Source: Chloroflexi bacterium CFX3
GTDB lineage: Bacteria > Chloroflexota > Anaerolineae > Aggregatilineales > UBA2796
DNA length: 64,000 nucleotides
Assembly (NCBI GenBank): GCA_030263685.1
Contig: SZPJ01000003.1
Location: 336,073-400,072, forward strand
Direction of reading: 5' to 3'
Under the pieces are notes generated by a model that saw only the letters and a list, made by a program, of their open reading frames with translations, was not told the DNA's origin and made no database searches. The translations under genes and the position numbers were made by a program. The first letter of the stretch is position 1, and every line of letters starts with the position of its first letter. This document shows, one piece after another, positions 8,149 to 17,497 of the stretch.

Positions 8149-10797
8149 TTAACGCGAAAGCCGTGTGAATAAGCGCCCTGCAATTTCAGTGAAGGCATCA
8201 TTCACGGCACGAATATCCTTAGCAAACCAGAACTGACCGCAGCTTGTGCGTGCGGCATTTTCATAGGTTGCATCACCTGGGTTGGCAACGCGCAGCGCGC
8301 CGTTGCTATAGTCATACTGCGCGCACGGATCCGGCGGCTTGGATGGGTCTACGATGGTACGCCCATCTTGCACAACCAAATAGCGCGAGTCGCCTGTGGG
8401 CGGGAAGTAACGCTCTGTGCCAAGCATGGTTTGCATTTGGGCAAGGGTTGGGCGTGTGGCGCGGTACCATGCCTGCAAGTGGTTATCAATCACGCCGTTA
8501 TCGCCTGCATCAGCCATATAGCGCAGCACCTTAATGCCAAGAATGTTCTCGCCAATGTTGGTAAGCTGCCCCTGGGCATTCTTCTGGGCGAAGAAGATGG
8601 TGAACATGGCGATGAAGTTGCCCTTCTGAACAGCGCTGAACTCGATCAAGCCTGCAAAGTCCGCCTGATCGCGGGTGTAGTCATCAGGGTCATAGCGCTC
8701 ATCGCAGCGCCCGCCGTTCAGGTTCAAGCGCCCAAAGTCATCCATGCAGAAATGGCGTGTATCGGGATGTCCATCAAGGCATTCGGGCAGGGCAGGCTCA
8801 CCACGCCAACCAACGGGATTGCCGTCCGCACCCAGCAAGCTATCCCACCAGAAAGGCTTGGTGTCGTTGGCGGTACACTGCGGCAGCACCGGTCCTAAAC
8901 CGCTGTTGGTCGGGTTGTTCGGGCCTTCGTTCTGGTTGTTGGCAGTGCAGAAGGTGTACCACGGGCAGAAGCCAAAGCTGGCGCGGTAGGTGCCATCTTC
9001 ATACTGGGACTGTCCCCACGGGATCGTCTCAGGTCCGCTAGCAGGGGGCCAGCCATTCTCCGGCACACAGAACTGCGGTTCGCGCCCTGCCTTCGGGTCG
9101 AGGAAGAAGTTATCCTGACCGTCAATGACGCTATCCCCGTTATAGTCTTGGAAGTAGCGGCAGTAACGAATGATCTCTTCAGGCGAGAGGTCGCTCGGCT
9201 TCCAGGTGCCAGGCCCTGAAATGCCGCTGCCGGCTGGGACTGCCAGCCAATTCAGGTTAGAGCTGCCAGTCCCTGTTGACTGCCCACTGCCCAAGAAGAA
9301 GCGGTAGTCGGGTGTGCGGTTGGGATAACCATCGGTCAGCAGCACCATCACCCAAACTGCCTCACGGCGGATGTAGTTCGGGTTCACCAACTCAGCACGT
9401 GCCTGAAAGACGCCGCCGCCCATGTTCGTATCGTTACACTGCACTTGCGTCCAGTAATTGCGTACACGGCGGAAGTTCACATAGTCAGGGTCACGGATAG
9501 GTTGCGTGGTGTAGCACTGGCGCGGGCTTTGCCGTCCGGTCATGTTCACCGAGACGCCGACCTTTTCATTCAGGGTCTGCACGGCGGTGATCTTATCCAC
9601 GATGAACGGTGGCGCTGCCTGCTCTTCGGCACGGGTGGCAAAAACGCCTGCTTTCACCGTCCTGACCTCAGCACTGAAGGTGACCAATACCAAGCGGTCG
9701 CCGCGCACAAAGTCTAGGCGTTTGATGAAGCGGCGGGCGGCATCGCGCACCTGCTTAAAGGGTTGGCAGATCAGGTCGCTAAAATTGTTGTCGGGCAAGC
9801 CGCTCAACACACGCGAGGCAGCGCCAAAGCCTAGCTCAGGGTGCGTGGCATTGGTCATGATCAGCGCCTGTGGCAGACTTGGGTTATCGTAGATGTACCA
9901 ATTCATGCGATCATAGTCGCCGCTGGCAGGTGGTGTAAGCTGTGTGGTCGGATCATTGCAGCAGCCCGCCCACGCATAGTTGGAGGCGTAGTTCACCTCG
10001 CTACCCAAAAAGGTTGGGTCAGCGTACCAACACTCGCGGCGAATGGCAGGCGAACCGAGATACATACCCGTATCAGGGACCGGAGGCTCAGGGCGGGCAT
10101 CCGCCGCATCGCCAGGCGTCGTTTTGTAGGGGTAGGGTTGCAGCCCTAGGCTGGTGAATGGCTCAAAGGCGCGCAGATTCTCGCGGTTATCGGTCTGCCC
10201 GGATGGGATGGCGTAGGTGCGCTGCGCGTAGTAGGTCTCGGTGGACATGGATAGCGAGGTATCAATCACCAGCGCCACGTCCAACACAGCCGTCTGCGAG
10301 ACGGAACTCGCCTCTAGGATGACTTCCGGACCCCAGATCAGGGAGAGGAAGGTCGTTGGTGAGCGCATTTGGGCGGTCACACGCACCAATTTCTGTGGAT
10401 CAGGGCGGCACAGTTCCGAAGGCGGCACCTTGTTCAAAAGCGCCGGCAGCGGGTCTGAGCCGGGATTGGCGCGCACATAGTCTGCCATCTCGGTCTCGCA
10501 GGTATCCACAAAAACAGTGCTAACATCAATGTTGCCCTGCAACTGGATGAACTGCTGAGCGGCTGCTACAAGCGTGCGGTAGTCTGTGCCTTCGCGCACC
10601 TGCCCTGCCGCCGCGATGGCAGCCGCGTCTACGGCGCGTGTAAGGGCGCTGTAGCGCACCAACATCAAGCCGACATCTACGGCGATGCCCACAAAGGCAA
10701 TTAAGCCGATGAACGCAACTGCCACAATCAGCAAAGATTGCCCATTGCGGCTGCGGCGGTTCATCAGGCGGACGAATTGGCTAAAAGATGACTGCAT
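8149..10797 (-). CDS. TadG-like pilus-associated protein with a von Willebrand factor A domain, 882 aa
   Basis: N-terminus 'LLIVAVAFIGLIAFVGIAVDVGLMLVRYSALTRAVDAAAIAAAG' is of the Tad/TadG type. The MIDAS motif 'LVIDTSLSMS' (DxSxS) follows. Confidence 0.65.
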   Translation of the reverse strand: MQSSFSQFVRLMNRRSRNGQSLLIVAVAFIGLIAFVGIAVDVGLMLVRYSALTRAVDAAAIAAAGQVREGTDYRTLVAAAQQFIQLQGNIDVSTVFVDTCETEMADYVRANPGSDPLPALLNKVPPSELCRPDPQKLVRVTAQMRSPTTFLSLIWGPEVILEASSVSQTAVLDVALVIDTSLSMSTETYYAQRTYAIPSGQTDNRENLRAFEPFTSLGLQPYPYKTTPGDAADARPEPPVPDTGMYLGSPAIRRECWYADPTFLGSEVNYASNYAWAGCCNDPTTQLTPPASGDYDRMNWYIYDNPSLPQALIMTNATHPELGFGAASRVLSGLPDNNFSDLICQPFKQVRDAARRFIKRLDFVRGDRLVLVTFSAEVRTVKAGVFATRAEEQAAPPFIVDKITAVQTLNEKVGVSVNMTGRQSPRQCYTTQPIRDPDYVNFRRVRNYWTQVQCNDTNMGGGVFQARAELVNPNYIRREAVWVMVLLTDGYPNRTPDYRFFLGSGQSTGTGSSNLNWLAVPAGSGISGPGTWKPSDLSPEEIIRYCRYFQDYNGDSVIDGQDNFFLDPKAGREPQFCVPENGWPPASGPETIPWGQSQYEDGTYRASFGFCPWYTFCTANNQNEGPNNPTNSGLGPVLPQCTANDTKPFWWDSLLGADGNPVGWRGEPALPECLDGHPDTRHFCMDDFGRLNLNGGRCDERYDPDDYTRDQADFAGLIEFSAVQKGNFIAMFTIFFAQKNAQGQLTNIGENILGIKVLRYMADAGDNGVIDNHLQAWYRATRPTLAQMQTMLGTERYFPPTGDSRYLVVQDGRTIVDPSKPPDPCAQYDYSNGALRVANPGDATYENAARTSCGQFWFAKDIRAVNDAFTEIAGRLFTRLSR

Positions 10798-10824
10798 CGA
10801 GTCTGCCTCCTTTCTTCTGCCGTT

Positions 10825-12021
10825 CTATTCTTCAGGTGTGGCAGTTGCCTGCGCGCCGGGCGCAGGGAAAAAGCCGAAAACGTGAAAGACGGGATCGTTG
10901 GCAAGCGAGCCATCCGCACCGCTGAAGAAGCCGCCGCCGAAGAGCGCCGCAATCGGTTGGAAGAAGCGCGGGTGATACTGCCAATACATCTCCACCAACA
11001 CCAAACCGCCGTTCGGACGGTAGACTTCTAGACCAGTGGTGGAAAGTGTGAGGTTCAACCGTGTTTCGACATCCTGCACCGTGAACTTTGAGCCTAAGCA
11101 GTAGTTATTGGGATCGCTGTTGTTATAGGTACCAATGGCGTTGCCGGTAAAGACAAAGCCGCGGATGCCTTGCGAAACGGTGGTGATATGCTCGCGTGGG
11201 TCGTCATAGCGCGGGTCGCCAACGGTGAGACCGTAGCCGAGTTCGTCAATATCGGCAGGGCGGCCAGTCCGCCACATTGAATAGACATCCGGCGTTTTGT
11301 AGTCAAACGGGTCACGGTTATCGCCGCCGCCTTCGGTGGTGGTGCAGTAGCGGTTATCACGTGGATAGCGCCCGGTTACGCGCATGTAGAGGCGGTTGCT
11401 CGGCACTGTTGGACCGAACGTCCCACCTGTCACCGATCCTTTGAAAGGTTTGTTGAAATCCATCATGGTGTATGAAAAGGCAGAGACGACAATATCATTC
11501 TTGGTAAATTCGGCGGTGCGGTCAGGGTTGCCGGGCGGAATGTCACCATCCCCACCCCATGGGCGCGCATCCTCAAATTCCATCGGATACATGCTCAAGA
11601 TGATCTGGCAGACCACTGCATCAAAGAAGCCGTAATTGCCCTCAGGACCGACCGTGTAGTTATAGAGTGCGGCGTTCGGTCCACGCGGCACGCGCCGATT
11701 TTGGTTGATGTTATCGCCCAAGTTGTACAGGTGGCTGACGCCGTCGGACGGCACAAAGGTATCGCAATCAAGGCGATTATAGTTGCGCGTATCCGCATCA
11801 TTCCAAAAGACCGGGCTCAGGTTAGCACCCCGACGCCCTGCCTCGCGCACAAGGTCTAGCATGGTTAAATAATAGTTCATGGCAAAGCCCATCTCTGCCA
11901 AGCCCAACACCATCAAGATGAGGATCGGGAAGGTGATCGCCGATTCGACGATGCTCTGCCCTTTGGCGCCGCTTGGCTTCCCATCTAAGATGTTGATTAT
12001 TTTTCCCCACGTTTTTCGCAT
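10825..12021 (-). CDS. TadE-like pseudopilin-family protein, 398 aa
   Basis: N-terminus 'GQSIVESAITFPILILMVLGLAEMGFAMNYY' is a TadE-type TM segment. It is the first gene of three co-directional, tightly spaced genes. Confidence 0.6.
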   Translation of the reverse strand: MRKTWGKIINILDGKPSGAKGQSIVESAITFPILILMVLGLAEMGFAMNYYLTMLDLVREAGRRGANLSPVFWNDADTRNYNRLDCDTFVPSDGVSHLYNLGDNINQNRRVPRGPNAALYNYTVGPEGNYGFFDAVVCQIILSMYPMEFEDARPWGGDGDIPPGNPDRTAEFTKNDIVVSAFSYTMMDFNKPFKGSVTGGTFGPTVPSNRLYMRVTGRYPRDNRYCTTTEGGGDNRDPFDYKTPDVYSMWRTGRPADIDELGYGLTVGDPRYDDPREHITTVSQGIRGFVFTGNAIGTYNNSDPNNYCLGSKFTVQDVETRLNLTLSTTGLEVYRPNGGLVLVEMYWQYHPRFFQPIAALFGGGFFSGADGSLANDPVFHVFGFFPAPGAQATATPEE

Positions 12022-12244
12022 AGGTATCCCTCAAAAGCTGCTGTCGGCATTGGCGTTGCTGCCCTCGCCACCACGCGGATTTTTGCCTGAATAGAGTACC
12101 GCTGCAAACATCATACCACAGGGCGCGTAAAGGGCGTTGTCGTAAAATGTAGGGAGTCTGTAAGGATTTGTAGGCTTCCCAATCATTCGTTTAAGTACCG
12201 TTTGTGCAAGGCAAGAGCAGTGTTGCCAACTTTACGGCGGAACG

Positions 12245-12260
12245 TGGTAAAATAGCAGCC
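12245..12260 (+). promoter_or_regulatory. Extended -10 promoter (TGgTAAAAT) with the inferred transcription start at or beside the ATG, implying a leaderless mRNA
   Basis: TG at 12245-46 and TAAAAT at 12248-53. The GT2 ATG at 12261 lies only 7 nt after the -10, and there is no Shine-Dalgarno sequence. Confidence 0.35.
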
Positions 12261-13175
12261 ATGACCAACCAAGAACTTACCCAACAGGCAGCGGTTGTCG
12301 CTCATGCGCCGCTAATCGCCGTCATTCCCGCCTTCAACGAAGATCGATTCATTGCCAGCGTGGTGATCAAAGCGCGCCGCCACGTTGATCAGGTGTTGGT
12401 GGTGGACGATGGCTCGCAGGATGAGACGGCGTGGCTTGCTGAATGCGCCGGCGCAGAGGTCATCCGCCAAGCCAACGGCGGCAAGGCAGCCGCCCTCAAC
12501 ACAGGCTTGGCAGCCGCACAGAGGCGTGGTGCCGCCGCAGTCGTGCTGCTGGATGGCGATGGGCAGCACAATCCGAACGATATTCCGCGCCTGCTGGCAC
12601 CCATTCAAGCAGGCGCGGCGGATTTGGTGGTCGGTTCGCGCTTTATGGGCTTGCCAAGCAACACGCCGCGCTGGCGGATCGTTGGGCAGCACGCCCTGAC
12701 CGCTATCACGAATGCTGCCTCTGGCGTGCCACTCTCAGATTCACAGAGCGGCTTTCGGGCGCTTTCGCAGCGGGCGCTGAACCTGATGAATTTCACGTCG
12801 CTGGGCTTCTCGGTCGAATCCGAGATGCAGTTCTTGCTGCGGAAACACAGCTTGCAGGCGCTTGAAGTGCCGATCAGTGTGAACTATGATGAGAAGCCGA
12901 AGCGCAATCCATTCGCGCACGGCTTGCAAGTCCTCACGGGTGTTTTGCGTTTGGTCGGGCAGCACCGCCCGTTGTTCTTCTTCGGCGTGGCGGGCGCGCT
13001 CTCCATCCTGATCGGCTTGGTATTGGGCGCCAATGTGGTTGCCACTTACAACACCTATTCATCACTCGCGCTTGGCACCGCCCTGATCGCTATTACCTTC
13101 TGCTTGATCGGTGTCTTTGCCATCTTCACCGGTGTGATCCTGCACACCATCCGTGCTTATATGACTGAGCGCTAG
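12261..13175 (+). CDS. GT2-family glycosyltransferase (polyprenol-phosphate mannose/glucose synthase-like) with C-terminal TM helices
   Basis: 'IAVIPAFNEDRFI', 'VLVVDDGSQDET' and 'VLLDGDGQH' (the DxD region). The C-terminal hydrophobic helices are typical of DPM1/GtrB-like enzymes. Confidence 0.8.
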   Translation: MTNQELTQQAAVVAHAPLIAVIPAFNEDRFIASVVIKARRHVDQVLVVDDGSQDETAWLAECAGAEVIRQANGGKAAALNTGLAAAQRRGAAAVVLLDGDGQHNPNDIPRLLAPIQAGAADLVVGSRFMGLPSNTPRWRIVGQHALTAITNAASGVPLSDSQSGFRALSQRALNLMNFTSLGFSVESEMQFLLRKHSLQALEVPISVNYDEKPKRNPFAHGLQVLTGVLRLVGQHRPLFFFGVAGALSILIGLVLGANVVATYNTYSSLALGTALIAITFCLIGVFAIFTGVILHTIRAYMTER

Positions 13176-13834
13176 AAGTTGCCCGCCGCCTGATGCGCCT
13201 GCCTAATCGGTTCGGGCAAGCGGTAGCGTGTTGTACATGCCATAACAATTTGGCGGGCGCTCTCCAGATCAATCAGATGCCCAACCGAGACGTAAAGCGG
13301 CTTGACATTGCTGCGCGTCCGCAGCACAACGCCGATCACTTCGCCTTTGTCGTGTAGGGCGGCGTAGCTGCCGCGCCCGTGTGGCGGCTCAACATAAGTG
13401 CCAATGTAGGGCGTTTTGCCACAACCGATGCTTGGTTTGTTCAGCCACAAGCCCATGTGGCAGGCAATCCCAAAGCGGCGCGGATGAATTTTGCCCATGC
13501 CATCGAACAGGAACACATCCGGTGTGTGGCGGAGCAGCGCAAACGCCTTAAGCAGCACCGGCGCTTCACGGAAGCTGAGCAAGCCGCTAATGTATGGGAA
13601 GGGCGTTTCAAGCTGCGCAGTAACTGTTTCGATCACCTTGAGCGCGGGAAAATTCAGCACGACGACCGCTGCCTGCGAGAGGTTATCCTTCACGCTAACA
13701 TCCACACCTGCCACAGAGCCCACCGCTTCCAGCGGCAGCGGCAGCCTATCCACCACTTGGGCTGCCAAACGGCGCTGAAGATCGACAGCTTGGTTTGGCG
13801 TCAGCGCCCACTCGTGCAGAGTCCGAATCTCCAC
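13172..13834 (-). CDS. nfi: Endonuclease V (deoxyinosine 3' endonuclease)
   Basis: 'VAGVDVS', 'YISGLLSFREAP' and 'LFDGMGKIHPRRFGIACHMGL' are EndoV motifs, and the length is 220 aa. Confidence 0.85.
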   Translation of the reverse strand: MEIRTLHEWALTPNQAVDLQRRLAAQVVDRLPLPLEAVGSVAGVDVSVKDNLSQAAVVVLNFPALKVIETVTAQLETPFPYISGLLSFREAPVLLKAFALLRHTPDVFLFDGMGKIHPRRFGIACHMGLWLNKPSIGCGKTPYIGTYVEPPHGRGSYAALHDKGEVIGVVLRTRSNVKPLYVSVGHLIDLESARQIVMACTTRYRLPEPIRQAHQAAGNF

Positions 13835-13837
13835 GCG

Positions 13838-16555
13838 CTAGTTTTCCTCTGCCAGCCATTGGCGCGCCATGCCTGCCAAATCTGCCAGCGGTGCGCGCCG
13901 AATGGTGCTTGGCGGCAAACTGTCAAGGAAGGTTTGCGCGTAATCGCGGCTGGTCATGCGCTTATCAAGGATGACCACCACGCTGCGTGCTGCCCTGCCT
14001 TCGATCAGCCTGCCGATTGCCTGCCGAAAGCGCAGTACAGCCGATGGCACAGCGTAATGTTGGAAGGCATTTTCGTAGCCTTCGCCACGTGCCACAAAGA
14101 GCGGATCGTTTGGCACGGCGAACGGCAAGCGTGTCAGCAGCACAGCGCGCAAGTCGTCCTCATGAAAGGCGACATCATCCCAGACGCCGCGCACGCCAAG
14201 CAACACGGCTTTTTCGCCCAACGCACGGAAGTTTTCGAGCAGGGCGCTCTGGCTGGTGCCATCCGATTGATCCAACACGCTGATGTTGCCCAGCTTCAGG
14301 CGTGCGGCGATGTTCTGCGCGGATTGCCGCAACTGCGTAAAGCTGCTGAACAGACCGAGCAGGCGCCCATTGGTGGCAACTGCCAACTCGATGACGGCGC
14401 GCTCAAGGTAGCGTGCGTAGCGCTCACCTTCGGTTGGCTCTGGTGCATCGGTCGGCAGGAAGATCAAGGCACTGCGAGACTCAGCACTGGCACTGGGCAA
14501 AACCTGAGTAGCGGTCAGCGGCGGCAGCCCAAGCCGTTCCCGCAAATAGCTGAAATCGCCGCCAACGCGCAAGGCTGACCCTGTGATCAGCGCGGCATCC
14601 AACGTTTGCCACAAGTGCGTTTGCAGCAGTGCGCCGGGTTGCAAAGGCGCGCTGTGCAGCGTCAGCCGATTGGCACGCTCAGGGTCGGTGCTGATTTCCG
14701 CCCAAAAGACGAACTCTGGGCGCTGTCCGCTGATGCAAAGTTCCAGCAAGCTGTGCAGACGCCGCACAGTATGGGCAGCGCCTTCCGTGCGATAGGCGAG
14801 ATCGCGCGGCAGCCCGTATTTTTCATGGTAGATCACCAGTTGCTTTGCCAACTGCCCTAGCGCTTCGGCAATCGCTTCAGTGAACTGGCTGAGGATGCTC
14901 CACGCGGCGCGCACTTGCCCAAAGGCTGCCTTGCCGCGCAGATCGTTAGTGAGGCGAATGTTTAGCGCATAGTCGCTTGGGCGCGAGTCTGTGGTTGCCT
15001 CCAGAAAAGCCTGTAGCGCACGGAACAAGCTATCCAAGTGGTAGGGTACTTGGGTCGCAGCGTCGGCAAGGTTGCTGCAAAAGCGCGTCAGCTGACCATC
15101 TGCCTTTGGCGGCAAACTGCCTTTGGCGGCTGCCAACACATCACCGATCAAGCCGCGCTGTGCGTTGTTAATTTCTGCCAACTGCCGCTTGATGCGGGCT
15201 GCATCAAGGCGTATGTGTTGGCTTTCGGTGGCAAGGTCTTCCAACAGATTTGCCTCATCCGCCACAAGGTGCCTAACGTTCGGCAAGAGTGGATCGTGTC
15301 CGCTGCTCTCGGCTGCCAACGTGCCGTGATCCACGATGATCAGGTGTGCGGCGGCTGCCTGCTGCCGATCACGGTGCATTGGGCAAGTGCCGCCCATCTG
15401 CGTTTGGCAGCGCGCCACAGTGCAGTTTTCTGCCTCTGCGTTCAACTGCGCCCATGCCACATACTCACCGCCGCCGCGTATGGAAGGTTGCTCGGCGTGC
15501 GCGGTGCCGCCCTCTGCCAACCAAATTAGCGTTTTTGCCAGCAGGCGCAGCTCTTCGACGGTCTGCACACCTTGCCGCCGCAAAATGGCAAGCCGCGATG
15601 GACAGAGATATTCGGCACGGCGGCGCAAAAACTGAGCGCGCAGATTAGGGTAAGCGGCTTGCAGGGCGGGCAGATCGCGCTCGCGCAGGCGTTGGCGGAA
15701 TGTTTCGCCGCCATGCGCGATGACCAACGGCGTGCCGTGCCGCATTGCCCACTGCGCGGCCGCCTCAAGGTAGGGCGGCGCTTGGTCGGTGCTGGGCGGC
15801 GTTTCTAACATCAGGAGTTGGTGTGCGTTGAAGGTGGCGCTGATCAGCTCAGGGATAGCATCCGTTGCTGGGATTAGATCGGGCTGCGGCGCAAGCGGTG
15901 CTGGCTCAGGTGCAGCGCGGAACGCCTCTGCCAGCGGATCAGCAAGGCTCAACGGATCGGTACGGCGTTCGCGCAAGGCTGCCTCAAAGGGCAGTTTACC
16001 ACGCCAATTCAGGTTTGCCGCCAAGCGTGCGATCTCACGCAGTAAGCTGATCGGCAGCGCCACCAACTTTTGCCACAAGGCATGATACAGCCGTCCGCTG
16101 GCAACGGCATCGGTCAGGGCGCGGTGATAGTCGCCTTCCGGTGCGATGTCGAAGACCTGCATCAGTGCGTTGAGGTTATAGCGGCTGGCAGTCGGCAGCA
16201 GGACGGACGCCAATTCGTAGGTATCTACTGCCTGATTTTCGGTCAGCACCTTCTGTTTGTGCAAAAAGCGCAGGTCAAACTCGACGTTATGCCCAACCAG
16301 CACCGCGTCAGCGACGAATGCGGTCAAAGCGGGCAACACTTGGGCAATTTTCGGTGCGCCGATCATATCTTCATTGCGAATGCCAGTGATGTCGGTGACG
16401 CGGGCGGGAATGGTGACGGAAGGGTTGACCAATGTGCTATAGGTTTCGATCATCTCGCCGTCGCGGAATTTTGCCGCGCCAATCTCGATGATCTGCGCGT
16501 CGGCAGGGTCGAGTCCGGTCGTCTCAAGGTCAAGGGCGACCAATATACCGCGCAT
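13838..16555 (-). CDS. dinG: DinG-family ATP-dependent helicase with an N-terminal DnaQ-like 3'-5' exonuclease (DEDDh) domain
   Basis: Exonuclease motifs Exo I 'LDLETTGLD', Exo II 'GHNVEFDLRFL' and Exo III 'YHRALTDAVA' are followed by an ~700-aa SF2 helicase body with a DinG-like C-terminus. The start is placed at 'MRGILVALD' (16555), not at the ORF-track start (16648). Confidence 0.8.
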   Translation of the reverse strand: MRGILVALDLETTGLDPADAQIIEIGAAKFRDGEMIETYSTLVNPSVTIPARVTDITGIRNEDMIGAPKIAQVLPALTAFVADAVLVGHNVEFDLRFLHKQKVLTENQAVDTYELASVLLPTASRYNLNALMQVFDIAPEGDYHRALTDAVASGRLYHALWQKLVALPISLLREIARLAANLNWRGKLPFEAALRERRTDPLSLADPLAEAFRAAPEPAPLAPQPDLIPATDAIPELISATFNAHQLLMLETPPSTDQAPPYLEAAAQWAMRHGTPLVIAHGGETFRQRLRERDLPALQAAYPNLRAQFLRRRAEYLCPSRLAILRRQGVQTVEELRLLAKTLIWLAEGGTAHAEQPSIRGGGEYVAWAQLNAEAENCTVARCQTQMGGTCPMHRDRQQAAAAHLIIVDHGTLAAESSGHDPLLPNVRHLVADEANLLEDLATESQHIRLDAARIKRQLAEINNAQRGLIGDVLAAAKGSLPPKADGQLTRFCSNLADAATQVPYHLDSLFRALQAFLEATTDSRPSDYALNIRLTNDLRGKAAFGQVRAAWSILSQFTEAIAEALGQLAKQLVIYHEKYGLPRDLAYRTEGAAHTVRRLHSLLELCISGQRPEFVFWAEISTDPERANRLTLHSAPLQPGALLQTHLWQTLDAALITGSALRVGGDFSYLRERLGLPPLTATQVLPSASAESRSALIFLPTDAPEPTEGERYARYLERAVIELAVATNGRLLGLFSSFTQLRQSAQNIAARLKLGNISVLDQSDGTSQSALLENFRALGEKAVLLGVRGVWDDVAFHEDDLRAVLLTRLPFAVPNDPLFVARGEGYENAFQHYAVPSAVLRFRQAIGRLIEGRAARSVVVILDKRMTSRDYAQTFLDSLPPSTIRRAPLADLAGMARQWLAEEN

Positions 16556-16660
16556 AGCGACTTGTATCCGTTCTAGCCGAGCAAGGGCGCGGCATAAGCA
16601 TATATGAAAAACGCCGTGCAGTATAGCACGGCGCACTACACAGGGCAATTTCAGGGCGAT

Positions 16661-17047
16661 TTAGGCTTGCAGGGGTTCAGCGCGGCAGTAGGCAAGCGCT
16701 TCTTCTGCGGTGGCGAAAACTTTTGCCATTTCAAAGCTGCCATACTGCCGTTGGGTGATGGCTTGGGCAGCCAACTCAACGAACTTCCCTGAGCCGATAA
16801 TCACAAAGCGCACAGGAATGCTGCCGAAACTTTGCCGTAATGTGCTGAGGGACTGTACCAAGATATCAAAGGTGATCGGAAATTCGCGTGCATCGTTGAT
16901 CGTATAAAACGGCTTGCCTTGTACTTGCTGGGAAAAAGCGATGATGGCAGCGCCGGCGGTTTGCAAATCTAGATCAGGATCAACGGGCATCTGATAGCGT
17001 AGGAATAGGATGTGTTCATCAACGTTTTGTTCAATCGCAACGGGCAT
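16661..17047 (-). CDS. Small α/β protein (128 aa), copy 1 of 3 tandem paralogs; STAS-like or receiver-like fold, function unknown
   Basis: Strong AGGAGG RBS. The C-terminus 'KVFATAEEALAYC' is STAS-like. It is paralogous to the two upstream ORFs. Confidence 0.6.
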   Translation of the reverse strand: MPVAIEQNVDEHILFLRYQMPVDPDLDLQTAGAAIIAFSQQVQGKPFYTINDAREFPITFDILVQSLSTLRQSFGSIPVRFVIIGSGKFVELAAQAITQRQYGSFEMAKVFATAEEALAYCRAEPLQA

Positions 17048-17078
17048 GTTTAAGCCTCCTTTTATAAGGCAGATTAGG

Positions 17079-17465
17079 CTAGGAAGGTTTTGTCAGTTCA
17101 GCGTGGCAGTAGGCAAGCGCTTCTTCTTCGGTGGCAAACACTTTTGCCACCTCAAAACTGCCATACTGCCGTTGGGCAACGGCTTGGGCAGCCAACTCAA
17201 CGAACTTCCCTGAGCCAATGACCACAAAGCGCACCGGAATGCCCACCAGTGAACGGCGCACCAAATCCAGCCCTTCAGTAACAGTGTCGAAGGTCAGGTC
17301 AAATTCGCGCACGTCAGCAATTACGAAGAAAACGCCTTGCACCTGATGCGAAAACGCGATAATTGACTGAATAACGTTCGCTACGTCGCGCTCAGGATCA
17401 ACAGGGTTTACGTAGCGCGCCATCAAAATACCCGTCTGGACGTTCGGCTCAATCTGAATAGGCAA
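17079..17465 (-). CDS. Small α/β protein (128 aa), copy 2 of 3 tandem paralogs
   Basis: TTG start with a GGAAGGA RBS. About 60% aa identity to copy 1. 'VRFVVIGSGKFVELAAQAVAQRQYGSFEVAKVFATEEEALAYC'. Confidence 0.6.
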   Translation of the reverse strand: MPIQIEPNVQTGILMARYVNPVDPERDVANVIQSIIAFSHQVQGVFFVIADVREFDLTFDTVTEGLDLVRRSLVGIPVRFVVIGSGKFVELAAQAVAQRQYGSFEVAKVFATEEEALAYCHAELTKPS

Positions 17466-17497
17466 TTGGATGTTCCTTCCGCTTACAATTTCGGTAG

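Noticed and set aside
13379-14578. 399-aa + strand ORF spanning nfi/dinG
   Set aside because: It is antisense to two well-supported genes and has Arg/Ala/Gln-rich shadow composition.
16683-17235. Two ~130-nt near-identical segments that could be mistaken for inverted or direct repeats of a mobile element
   Set aside because: They are in-frame coding portions of tandem paralogs (direct orientation). There is no transposase or integrase and no terminal inverted repeats.
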